Of a stretch of 64,000 nt of DNA, positions 28,301-40,429 are shown piece after piece (the first letter of the stretch is position 1; the number at the start of each line of letters is the position of its first letter). The translations under genes and the position numbers were made by a program. The DNA lies in contig CM082588.2 in assembly GCA_040954595.2 (NCBI GenBank), positions 2,578,144 to 2,642,143 on the forward strand, written 5' to 3'. The notes beneath the pieces are model-generated. The model saw only the letters and a list, made by a program, of their open reading frames with translations. It made no database searches and was not told where the DNA came from. Source of the stretch: Balanoglossus misakiensis (Eukaryota > Animalia > Hemichordata).

Positions 28301-28418
28301 AGTTGGTATCGAATAGGAAAAAAATGTTCATTAAATTCGACTCACCCGTTTGCTTGGCTGCCACAGTGTGAGGCACAACGAAGGAAAGGCACAGCAAAAT
28401 GCGGACAAGGTACTCCAT
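19344..28418 (-). CDS. RXFP1-like: Relaxin-family peptide receptor-like LGR (LDLa-LRR-7TM GPCR), paralog B, about 917 aa
   Basis: Exons (minus): 28346-28418 (signal peptide MEYLVRILLCLSFVVPHTVAA); 26474-26635 (LDLa CLGDFSFQCLNSTMCIFRDYLCDGITDCDNGSDEWDEEC); 26220-26330 (linker); 25894-26080 (LRRNT); thirteen 72-bp LRR exons 25567-25638, 25061-25132, 24525-24596, 24234-24305, 23849-23920, 23634-23705, 23438-23509, 22692-22763, 22455-22526, 22262-22333, 22052-22123, 21799-21870, 21098-21169; 20062-20903 (TM1-6); 19669-19922 (TM7 VLPVNSALNPFLY); 19344-19532 (C-tail, splicing uncertain). Confidence 0.93.
20062..20903 (-). CDS. RXFP1-like: 7TM (TM1-6) exon of RXFP/LGR-like receptor B
   Basis: 842-bp exon, the same size as in paralog A. 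Translation includes FFIMNLSFADLLMGLYL, SCESSVLILTVITFDRF, YGGNGVCLPLH and KRFTLIVSTDLLCWMPII. Confidence 0.96.
26677..26738. repeat. Mixed (GACA)/(GGCA) tetranucleotide microsatellite
   Basis: gacagacaggcagtcagacagacaggcaggcagg... in the first intron of receptor B. Confidence 0.85.
26906..27292 (+). repeat. Diverged direct duplication, copy 1 (partner 30337-30772)
   Basis: Collinear shared blocks: tgtgatatgg(c/t)caaggaa, atggcgatatgtcaatatcaaacgtt, cagacaggcttgtc, gtagttaca, gatataacttttcattaact, tatcaaatatca. Confidence 0.85.
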
Positions 28419-30336
28419 CGCCTGCTTTCTTCGCACTAAAATGCAGCCGTCAAGACGAGCAACTTTAAAAAAACAACTTAATAGGGCCATGCTACAAGTC
28501 GCCGCATGCGTAGGAGGGGGATCACGTGACCTCACTTCGTGATGATGGCGCTAATAAGGCAGCTTACTTTTGGATTAACTGCAGCATGCTTGACACAACC
28601 ATGATGGTTTCGCCCGGTGTTAAAGTCAAATGTAACCTATAGTTACCAGAGAAAGAAGTTAACGAGTTTTCCCAAGCGGGTCGTCCATTGGTCACGAAGT
28701 ACTGCCTTATTTCCGCAATCATTATGCTCTGCCTACGTCAAAGTTGTGAAGACCTCAAACAAAAATAGGTATAATTGACGTATAATGAATTCTCCCACAA
28801 TAATTAAGTTCTCCCAATGATTATGAAACCAGATGAGCAAGGTACATCCCTGGCCAAAGCCTGAAATTAAAAGTATACATTTACGTTAAAATAACAGTCA
28901 TTATAAAGCAGTACACTTTTCTGTGGGACCCATCTTCCTGTGCTGTGAACGTACACGCAAAGCTTCGCCTAGATAAAAATGTCCAAAGTTCTTAGTTCCT
29001 CTAAATTGTCAAAGGCACGCCGTGTGTGGCAACCATATTAAAACACGACTCAGACGTACGAGTTGGAGATTATTCGCGCTAAGTCGATTCACTTTCGTCT
29101 CCCAACAACGATTACCCAGTGCGAAGCATCAAAGGTCATTCACGTCAGTGTCGCTCTGTTCTGTAGGGGTTGTTGTCGATGACAAGTCAATTTGGCTAGA
29201 CGCAGATGCAGTCTTCTCCTTTCAGGCCTGTCCGATTGTTGTCTGTATAATAGGATTGAGGCGGAGCGGCCTGGGAATACCGGGAATCTCAAACACGCGA
29301 ACGGAAGCAGGGTTAACAAGTGGATTGCCAACGGTTCGATCTGTGATGAGTTTTGTCTTGAAAAGGGCAAGGGCCTTTTTAGTATCACCGCCTGTAATGT
29401 TATCATACTCGTCTCTTGTTTAAGCTCCAGTAGTAAGTGCATGACGTTTTACTTCGTTAGCTTTTGAGTATCTCGAAATGAGTTTCGCAGAGGCTTGTTA
29501 AGTAAATTAGCGAGCACCTGGACCCTCTACATAATACATAACGAGCAACTGTGACCAAGCTCTTCGATGTCAATGACTTTTGACGTCATCCACGTGGGGT
29601 GTCCCATGTTTTGACGCGAAAAGGTGTTCCTCACATGAGACACACATAAAAAAATTAGTGTATTTTGTATCCTGTTTTTTTATTGTCAGCATCTTGGTTG
29701 TGGAACAAGATTTATGCGAGGTGTGATTCTCTTATGCCATCATGGTAACTCCCCGGCTGCAGTAGTCTCACACGATAGTTCCATGACAAATGTCACGTTA
29801 CACGGATCCCCATTATGAGCACACTGACTACCTTCTATTGATCTATCAGTATAGATGCCCCCTGCAGTAAATATCAAATATCCTTTGTCACATCCATCGC
29901 GAAAAATGATTCCATTGTTATCTCTGAATTATAAAAATAACGCAAAAGGTTGAAAGTTGCGTCAGTCACAGCAGAACAGTCATTTGTGAATAATAACTTA
30001 GCCAGGCGCATTGGTTTCACTTTTGTACAACGTTTGTAAAACGTGAAAGCTTACTTTTCACAGGCCTGGAGCATATGACATGCTATTGAAGTTAACTGAA
30101 CAGAATGAAATGTGAACTGTACAGAAACATATAAATATCATTTTGATTTGGAATCCCTGTATCGACCCCAGAGCATAATCAAAAAGCCAAGAGGCTCACA
30201 ATCACATTTGGTATCCATTATAAATTAATGCGACAACATTGTCATGGTAATCGTTTTTTTTTTATCTCAACTGATCATGATTCAATGATAAATACAGTAT
30301 GTCATATTTCATAGGCCAATTAATATGCTATTACCC

Positions 30337-30772
30337 TGTGATATGGTCAAGGAATAATTGGGCTCTTGTGTCGTGTTTAAATGGCGATATGTCAATATCA
30401 AACGTTGAATGACAGACTGCATCAAGAAGGTAATTACGCATGATCGTTTGATGTAACAAAACAGACAGGCTTGTCCGTGTTGAGAAGAATACCCTGTAGT
30501 TACAATATAAATTTAAAAAGAACATTTTTTTTGTTTGATATAACTTTTCATTAACTTCATGCAACCTAACGGCTTTTATGCAATGGAAATGAGGTGTCAG
30601 ATTTCGTTTTATGTGATAACCTCAAAGGATATATCGATATGATTGTGCTGCTGGTCGTTTTTCTTTCACCCCTGGGTTTTAATTAGCATTTCCCGTCATT
30701 TGAGCACTGATCGATTCTCAGTTATGGCACACACGACGACAGGAACGTAGGACGAACTATCAAATATCACAG
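30337..30772 (+). repeat. Diverged direct duplication, copy 2 (partner 26906-27292)
   Basis: The same collinear blocks as 26906-27292. It lies just downstream of the cbEGF gene stop codon, in the presumptive 3' UTR. Confidence 0.85.
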
Positions 30773-30906
30773 CTAGTCTTCGCTAGGACAACTGTGCCAT
30801 AGCTTTAAGCTTACACGTATAAAGACACTACATTGTACTTCATCTAGCCTGAATACTACGAAAATTCTTTCATTGGCGTCATTTCTATCGTCCCTTATCA
30901 GTTAAA

Positions 30907-33900
30907 CTACTGAAGAGTCAATGGAATGCAGGTCTTTCCGTCTTCACTCAGTGCGTGGTCAGCATCACAGCTGCAGAAATAGCTTCCTTCCACGTTGATG
31001 CAGATCTGTTCGCAATCATGAGTTCCTTGTTCACATTCGTCAATTTCTGTAAAAAGAATATGGGTTTGAATTATACACTGGATTTGTTGGTTGAGTGATA
31101 GTGCGAAAGTTCAGCGCAAAAATCTCACCGATCCAATGTATTAGCTTAGCTGTCTTTTTGCCTTCACTAGGTCATAAGTTTGCGCAGCAGGCGATGGTGG
31201 TGGAGCTGGGAGAGAGTCAGTGGTCTCACCTTTACATGAATGTCTATCCGGTTGCAGATCATATCCGGTCTGACAACTACACTCATAACTACCTTGAAGG
31301 TTATTACAATCGTGGTCACATTCACCGTTGCCGTAGAAGCATTCATCTTTGTCTATAAACCAAATTGGAAATGAACGTTAATGAGGAAAACAAGTGTTTT
31401 GAAAAAAACTTGATTATCATATATGACGTCAATGAGGAGCTAAAACAAGTGTACCCAATGCGACTCATCTGGCAATTTGATGAAGATTTCAAGTCCCTAA
31501 AATACAAGTACTCCAAACTCACTATTAGAGGTGTTAAGTGGAATTACATGACGAGTAATTCAGCAAAACAATACTGCAAGAACACTAGAGATTCTGATAA
31601 TCTGAAGACAGGAAATCTCACCATAGCAGTCATAGCCATCCTGCATATACCCTTCATCACAAGCGCAATCAAATGTCCCCGGGAGGTTGACGCAAGCCTG
31701 TTGGCACTGGTTAAGTTCCCCTTCACACTCGTCAACATCTGCAAGTGAAATGTATAGCTTTCATGTACATGGAGTCCATCTCTAGGCTGACTGGTTTCAG
31801 ATTTGGCCAATATCCAATCGGGGCCGGTAAAACCCTGTATTTGATGTGGTGGGATTATGCAATCATGTAATAAGATGTAAGCTGTCTTTGATGTCTGTTG
31901 TCAGTAAATAATTTAAAGGTTATAGCAGAACATTTAGTTCAAGCAACTGTCGGTCTCAAACTCTCCCTTTGAGGTTTCATTACCTATGCACGTTTTTCCA
32001 TCGTCGCTGATTTCGAATCCATAATTGCACCTGCATATGAAACTCCCTTCGGTGTTTTCGCACACGTGATCACATCCTCCGTTCCCGGTAGCACACTCAT
32101 CGATTTCTGAAAGTAAACAGGCGGTAGGGAGAAATAGAAAACATCACTGATATATTTACAATATCTCAAATATCCCACTTGTTTGTCAGTGTCCACGTCT
32201 ATCTGCATGCCTGCGTGTTTGTATCATCGATATCGCAAGTGCGGTTGGTCTCCATTTGCGCATGCGGAACAAATCGTTCGACGAGTATTCAGTTGAGGTA
32301 AATTTACTCTTGCACGATACCTTTACACGTCCGTCCGTCTTCCCGAAGCTCGAAACCACTATTGCATGAGCATTTGTGGCTTCCTATGGTGTTGACGCAG
32401 TCGTGATCACAACCACCATTGTCAGACAGGCATTCATTTGTATCTTAAGAGGAGAAAAAAGAAGTTTAAATTACATTTTATGAAATGATCAACTTAGCAA
32501 TCGAAAGACGATCGCGCGAGTCTTTATTAATCAAGTTTGTCAAAATGTCCTTAAATTGAGTCTTACCATTACACGTTGATCCGTCCTCGTTCAGGTCGTA
32601 GCCAACTTCACAAAAACACAAATAGCCGCCATAACTGTTACTGCACAGATGTTGGCATTTCGGGTCTCCCTCCTCCTCGCACTCGTCGACGTCTAAAAAG
32701 AAGAATGCGGCAATGTCATTTATTTCCGATGAAGGTCCAGCAAAGGCACTCAGAAATGTCTGTTATGCACGACTTGTCTCACCTGCACATGTCCCGTCGT
32801 CTGCAAGTCGGAATCCATCTGTGCACAGACATGTAAAACTTCCCTCCGTATTCTGACATTCTTGGTCACAGCCGCCATTGTCAGTGGTGCACTCATTAAC
32901 ATCTGAAGAAGACAAAGTCCCCATAAGTATTCTGCTCAAGTGCTTCAACAATATGAAAAGAGGAAAATGTCCTAACTGTGATGAGAAAAACTGGGAAAAC
33001 AGAAAATATTTATTTGTGTAGATATTATCCAGACGTGATGATCTACCAATAATAATTATTGTACTGTGTTCAGCACTGAAAGAGTCCAAATGACTATACT
33101 TTACCTATACAGGAATTCGGCGTCTGTCCTTTGATGTAACCTTGACGACAATCACACTCATATGAACCAATGTTGTTGATACAGTCTTGTTGACAGTTAT
33201 GGGTGCCTTCGATACACTCATTAACATCTACAGACAAACGTTCAATTTTTAGAAGTATTACTTTAATTTGTCTTGAAAAATGAATAAATAATCATGAATC
33301 CTTCATCACGTGCTCGGCTACATTCTCCACGCGGGGATTAGCATGAATACTTTTAACCTAGCTAAGGGGTCTGATCGATACTCTATCCGGGGAGACTCCA
33401 TGTACGTACCGACACAGGTTAGTCCATTTCCCTCTAACCTGAAACCGTCACTACAGGAACACTGAAAGCTTCCAATGGTATTTTCACAGTGTTGGTTACA
33501 TCCTCCATTCGCAGTCGCACATTCGTCGACATCTTAAAGCAAACAGGACAGAAACAACACATGTTGAATATGAGAAGACACTCAGTATGACAGCATGCAC
33601 CACGCGTATTTACTGCATATTATAGGATGGGCTACTCACCAACACAATTGCGACCATTCTCATCCAATTTGTACCCAGCATTGCAGGCACACTGAAAACT
33701 GCCTATTGAATTGATGCAAGTGTGTTCACAATCCCCATTGTTTGAATCACATTCATTGATATCTGCATTGTAAAAAAGGAAAGAAAGAAAGTTTACAAGC
33801 AACTTTAGTTGCCCCGGAGGATGACGTCACACTAAAGAAAATAAGACCAGATACTAGAGGCTATAACATAACCGGAAATCATCAATATCTAAAAGAATAA

Positions 33901-36900
33901 ATTCAATACCTTCACAGTCCTGGTCGTTTTGTGCCAGCTGGTACCCGGCATTACAAGAACATTCATAGCTACCGATGTTATTCGTGCAGACATGCGCACA
34001 TCCACCGTTATTGTCGGCACACTCGTTGACATCTGAAAGTAATGATTGGATGCGTTATTATAGTTCCGTAATGTTCTTATTATGCTTCTCTTTCCTTTTC
34101 AGTGGAGAATAAAGTTCGTTTAAGGGTCACTTGAAGAACCAGCAAAGAGGAACATTTTGTTACAACCGACACCATGGTCAGGGAACTACAGCAAGGAATT
34201 CGAACATTTCCAGTAAGTGTACTTTATCTGTTGTTGTTGTTTTAGATGTCGTTTTGTACACCCCCCCCCCCTTTAAACAATTCATAAACTGTTATCTCTT
34301 AATGATGTGCTTACCGATACAGGCTCGTCCGTCTTGAGCTAATCTGTACCCTTCATAACATGAACACTGGGAACTTCCAACTGTATTTGTACACACGTGA
34401 GCACAGCCGCCTTTGTTTTGTTCACATTCATTGATATCTGTAGGTATTCATAGAAATACACGTTAATAGACCATGCGGTAATTAGGATTGGGGGTCGCGG
34501 AGCGCCCTCGCATGGCTGAGTCCGTCATTCCATATCCAAAAATGCGTCAAGTGTATCGTGATTGCGATAGAGGGCGTCTGTACTTACCAACACAAGACAG
34601 TCCATTTGGGTGTAATCTGTACCCGTTATTGCATGAACACTGGAAGCTACCGTCTGAATTTGTACATTGGTGGTCGCAGCCTATGTTGTCAACGTTGCAT
34701 TCGTTGATGTCTACAAGAAAGAGACCAAAAACGTTAGGAAATACGGTTATTTTTAAATGCAGTGAAGCTCACCGGTTGTCGACTTTAACAACATAGGGAT
34801 TACATATAGTTATAGCGTACCTTCACAACTGTGCTTGTCATCTGCTAGTTGATAACCAACATTGCACGAACATTCAAAGCTACCGTGAGAGTTTGTGCAG
34901 ACGTGTCCACATCCACCATTATCGCTCGCACACTCGTTTATATCTGAAAAGCGAACAGCACTTTATGTGAATTCGTACATGGGTATGTTGCAATCAAGAT
35001 CACTAGTATCTGGAGTGGATATCATTTAAATAACGATACATTATAAATGCTTCAGTAGATTGTGTACAGACTCCGCGAGACCCCGGGAGATCTCGCGTGG
35101 TTAGGCAGTTAATTGATAACATGTAAGATGTACGCATGCTAGGCCAAACAATTTAAAATTGACTTACCGACACACGTTCTGCCGTTTCCACTCAAACTGA
35201 AACCGGAATTGCACGAACAGAGATAACCTCCGACTGTATTCGTGCACCGTTGATTACACCCACCGTTATTATTGGAACATTCATTAACATCTAAAAAAAT
35301 TAAAGGCATATATTTTTAAATTTGAAAATTATAGTTATTTATGCTACTGTAACCTATATTCCATTGATGCAAAGGGATACAAAGGGATGCCAATGGACAA
35401 AGGCATTGTCTTGTATTTCTGAAGCAATAGACTGGAATTCATGCGTGTCTTCATCGGGTCCAATTAATGATTAATAATAACTATGCACTGTACCTACCAA
35501 CGCAACTGCGTCCGTCTTGGTCCAATCTAAAACCTCCGTTACAAGAACACTGAAAGCTACCAATGGTGTTCGTGCATCGATGATCGCACCCGCCATTATT
35601 TGAATCGCATTCATTGACATCTGCATTATAGAAGGAAAATCAGCAACGGTTGAGTTTTGAGACACATTTAGAGAATGTGCATAATAATTCAGCTTTATAT
35701 ACAAAGGTAAAAATACCTACCAATACAAGTTCGACCATTTCCACCTAACCTGAAGCCGTTGTTGCAAGAACACTGAAAGCGGCCTTCCAAATTTGTACAC
35801 CGGTGATCACAACCGCCATTGTTTGCTGCACATTCGTTGATATCTTTAAAAAAGAAATTTAGATATGATTTGTAACATCCCGAATAAAACTAAAGGGAAG
35901 GGATATACCCCCAGGGATTCACCGATACTCACAGACGCCAGACGATACTCACCAATACAAGTTCGTCCATCGCCGTCCAATCTATAGCCACCGTTGCATG
36001 AACACTGAAAACTACCAATCACATTCGTGCAGCGATGATTGCAACCGCCATTGTTGGATGCGCATTCGTCGATGTCTGTTTATAATTATGATAATGTGTC
36101 AAAAAATAAGACGAGATAGCAAATGAGTTCTAAGTCAGAAGCCAGCATCTTTAATACTTGGAGAGAAAAATATATATTCGTCTCATGGTAGTGAAACACA
36201 GCGACATATGACAAGCATTTCGATCGATACATGCCTCCAATTGTACAAACCGACATGCACCATGTCTGATCAGTTACAAACTTCTACATAGGCAACTGCC
36301 TGTGACATTCCAGGCAATGGCATTTCAATTTACATACCAATACAGGTGCGTCCATTAATGGCCAAACTGTAACCAGCATTGCATGAGCACTGTGCGCTGC
36401 CGTATGAATTAGTGCAATGCTGTTCGCAACCTCCATTATTGTCTGCACACTCGTTAATATCTGTAATGCAAAATAGAAAGATACTTGATGAAATGGTTTT
36501 ACTGTAAGTTGTAGGCGTTCAATTTAGTTTCAACTTGCGATCAAGCTGCTTTCTTGATGAGGTACCCACCCTTAAGTAGCGACTGTCTTGGGTAAAATTC
36601 TCTCAGTCAAATGCCAATAATTTCGTATCAACCAATTGAACATAGAAATGCCCTTACCAACACAAGTACGCCCGTTTCCACTAAGTGTAAAACCACTGTC
36701 ACATGTACAGCGGTAGCTGCCGGCAGTGTTGGTACAGCCTTGATTGCAACCTCCATTATTCGACGCGCATTCATCGATATCTTCAAAGATGAGAGAACAA
36801 TTATTGGTCATAAGATAAATATCTTATGGTGTGATATGGCTTTAAAGTCCAATCGCCCCCACTCGCCAAACCACCAACTTCAGCCAATTTGGCTAACCAC

Positions 36901-38621
36901 CACCCCTCCCACCCAACAAAAGCCCAACCACCCACCCAAACCCAACCAACCAACCAACCCACCAAATTCCCCCATTCCCCCCAAATCTGAATGTCTGTCT
37001 ATTTGCCGTGTACTCACCAACACAAGCTCGTCCATCCCCACCCAGTCTGAAACCATTATTGCAGGAACATCGGAAACTGCCGATAGAATTTGAGCAGCGG
37101 TGATTACAGCCTCCATTATTTGAAGCACATTCGTTGATATCTGCGATCAGAGCAAGAACGAACTTAACCAATTTGACGAACCAAAATACCAACGAACCAA
37201 TTTAACACTTGTTGCGAATTTCAACATGATAATCGAAATACATTTACAGCTGATCCCCGTGGCTTAACAAAGACGTGTATGCAAATCACATACCGACACA
37301 AGTTCGTCCATTTCCATCCAGCCTGTATCCACTATTGCAAGAACATTGGAAACTGCCGGGAGTGTTGGTGCAACGGTGATTGCATCCTCCGTTGTTAGAA
37401 GCACATTCATTAATATCTATGTGGGGAAAATGAAATTTATGAAACTCGGTATAACAACATCAGGGCTCAGGTCAAGCCATGACTTATGCCACATTACAGA
37501 AACGTGTAAATGAGTACCCAATATTATAAAAATGTCCCAACAACTGAGTCTACCTACCGACGCAAGTTCGCCCATTCCCGCTCATTTTAAAACCACTTCT
37601 GCATGAACACTGGAAACTGCCCAAGGTGTTTCTGCAGTTATGGTTACAACCGCCATTATTTGTAGCGCATTCGTTGACATCTTTAATAAAAAAAAACAAC
37701 GAATGCAATTGAGTTAAATCTAAAATTGGTTGTGGATCTTTACAGTACATGTAGGTGTATGTGACATCTTATGACCTCGTCCTATTTAGGACAGAAACCA
37801 GACACTGGAGTGCAAAACGATTCCATGTGGACATGGATAACGTGAACCCTAACAAGGGTGGGTCCTTCTTGAGAGATTCATTTCCCATATGCGAGTGTTA
37901 AGGAGAGTGTCACTTAGATTTGTGAGGAGGGTCAGGGAGTCGCGGTCATGTATCCAGATTTTCGAAAAAGCACCAGCCATTCCCGTGTGAAGGCGCGACC
38001 TTCAAGCTAGTCGAGACCCATGGATTACATGCATGTGCAGTCAGTTGAAATTGCGTAATATACTTAGTGGTACACGTATGATTACATCTATCATGACCAG
38101 ACGCATGCAGACAGTCATTCCTAGAAGCTGATACCGAGTACCAAGATATGACCTTTGGTAAAGCATTTTACTGATATAATATGTACAATTGTACTGTTTT
38201 AATCACACACAATCCTATATCTATTAAAGGCAAACGAGAAAGGCCACACACAAAAAAAATTATACGTACCATTCTCGCAACATGTACCAGTCCACCCGGC
38301 GTTACACGAACAAGACGTGGCCAACGGACCGCCTCGACCGTGACAGCCTGGGTTGTTACACGGTTGGGTTTCAGTCAACGCTACGTTGCACGATCCACCG
38401 CAAGTGGCTTGCCGTGTGACGGTGCGGCTGCGAGACTGAACCCCGCTTGTGCCACAGGGCGCCGAACACGCCATCCACGCCGACCAATTGCTCACCGCAC
38501 AGTTGGTCACGGGGCACCGCCTCCGTCTCCGCCGTCGTCGCCAGCCCTGCACGGTGCCGAAGTCGACGACGAGGATGACGAGCATCAGAAGGGCCAACAG
38601 AGTAGCCGCTGTTGTCTTCAT
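30907..38621 (-). CDS. Secreted TSP1 + EGF + 23x calcium-binding EGF protein (fibrillin/SCUBE-type cbEGF array), about 1063 aa
   Basis: Exon 38270-38621: signal peptide [39 protein letters not shown]1 ([28 protein letters not shown]...ETQPCN) and a short EGF ([13 protein letters not shown]). Then phase-1 cbEGF exons (D/E-x-D/N-EC...GC...C.N..GS..C.C..G[FY].L..DG..C): 37558-37680, 37294-37416, 37018-37140, 36658-36780, 36338-36460, 35953-36075, 35721-35843, 35498-35620, 35168-35290, 34821-34943, 34588-34710, 34315-34437, 33910-34032, 33640-33762, 33410-33532, 33105-33227, 32783-32902, 32567-32692, 32321-32443, 31984-32106, 31622-31738, 31230-31352, 30907-31046 (ends [10 protein letters not shown]). 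No TM segment. Confidence 0.92.
36855..36982. repeat. C/A-rich low-complexity tract (CCA/CCAA-like)
   Basis: ccaccacccctcccacccaacaaaagcccaaccacccacccaaacccaaccaacc... inside an intron of the cbEGF gene. Confidence 0.7.
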
Positions 38622-40047
38622 TTTGTCACACAGATCTAAACGGAAGCTGAAAAACACGCAAATCACGTCGTCACAACTTTCTGTAGCCTACAACTCCACA
38701 GGAAAAGCTTTGCGATCAGTACGCCGTTTACGAAAGCATATATCCCCAGTTGTGGTAAAAAAATTACTGTCCCAAGAAGAAGAAGTAAGAAGTGACTTAA
38801 TATTGGCTTGTCACCGCGTATTTCCTCAGAAAATCAGCCCAGGTGTACCCCCCAAATTAAAAAAACAAAAACTTAAAGTGGCAAAGATATGCGCTTACCA
38901 GTGCAGGAGCTCGATACAACAGCCGCAAAACCCTCAAGTAAGACTAATCACAGTTATAGGTCTATCTTGTAATTTTCTCCCCAAGAACACTTTTTTGCTC
39001 GCATTTGATTGGGTGGAAGCTGGTAGACTACGTTTGCACGCATGCGCTCACATCCAGCTAGAGTTCAGTGAACGATTAATCTTAATACGCAATGCAGACC
39101 TAGCGGAAGTGCGCAATACGATTACACCCCATATTTTGGTTTCTGAGAAATGATGGGGAAACATCCGTGTTTTTGGGTTATATGATATACCCGCTTCCCC
39201 AACTTCGTTGACGGATTCTTGACGGGAGCATCAGACCTTTTGACACTAATGAAACCTGAACTGGACTTCCGTAATGGCGCACTTGCAAAATCCGACATTG
39301 CAATCGATCTCGCATATTTCCCCATCCCAAAAGTAATAACCATCTCTCTTTCTTTTTTCCACAGATTCTCTCTTACGCAAGAGCCTGTAGTTCATACGGT
39401 GAGTTTTCAGAGAGACACTGTTACCCCTCCAGAGAACTTTTTAATCAAGGTTCAAACAATTTTCCCAGTAAAGATCGAGTCCATGCATGTATGTTTACTA
39501 ACAATACCCCAAGTCGTATTTGTAGATTTTGCGGATATCATTGTTTGGCCTTCAAAACTACGTAATATACCATTAAACGCTACAAAAAGTTAGAAAATGT
39601 ACATGTTGTTGTCACGCAACATTTTTGCTGAGTTTGTAAAGCGAACCTGGCTGGAACTATACGACTCATAGATTCTCAATATCTCATGGCTAAAGTAAAT
39701 CAATTCGTTTGCTGGAGTTACCATAATTTGAATGTTTTTCCTGATTGGTTTATTCGAATGATGACAAGTCCATGATTGGCCGTTTTGTGCTTGAACACGG
39801 CTTGGTCTGCTGGCCCTAAATTTGCATACAAATTCCAGTGCAGTCTTTCTTATCAGCAGTCTGTGAATGGTCAGTCTATTCAGGCAAAATTTGTTTATCA
39901 ATGGTGTACTAATTATGAATAATGAGGTGATGGGAGATGCCACTTTTTATGTCCTGCCCCATGCGTGTTTGCTCTGTCTTTCCCAGTGAAAAAACTCAAT
40001 GTTACCTTCTCATTTTCTACACTTAGATGTCCTGTTCGCTGAATAAG

Positions 40048-40314
40048 TCACAATTTAAGGTAAGCCGGTGCTTTTAAAAGATTGTCAGGGTCACCACAAA
40101 GACTATAAATTATACAACTTCTTTCTGATATTGCAAGTTTTTCTTTATTGTTGTTCACATGAAAAATATACATTACAGTAGCTCATAAAAGGGGTTTCAA
40201 AAAAACTTCTATACCCAGAACCTTCTATACTTACTTTCTACTTCGTCTTTCAGATCCATCCAGACAACGGCCGCGCCATTCGATAACAGCTTCACTTTTA
40301 TCCGACAGATAGAC
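40048..40314 (-). CDS. Candidate terminal exons (40235-40314 and 40048-40102) of an unidentified gene
   Basis: Strong acceptor gtgttcattttcttttccag| at 40315, donor |gtaagt at 40234 and acceptor atttatag| at 40103. Spliced reading: VYLSDKSEAVIEWRGRCLDGSERRSR|NLCGDPDNLLKAPAYLKL*. I recognise no family. Confidence 0.35.
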
Positions 40315-40429
40315 CTGGAAAAGAAAATGAACACAAATTGAATTTCAACACTCTGGTTTTGCCTTGATCTTATAGAAAATAAATAAAATATAATATTATC
40401 TTTGGTGTGATGTTTTTTTTAATGAAACG

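Noticed and set aside
38449-39153. 234-aa plus-strand ORF (and 38181-38639)
   Set aside because: Antisense shadow of the GC-rich TSP1 exon running into upstream sequence; no domain recognised.
39100-39960. Protein-like fragments upstream of the cbEGF gene (e.g. RDGYYFWDGEICEIDCNVGFCKC on the minus strand)
   Set aside because: Multiple stops and no family I can name; a BLASTX search would be needed before any call.
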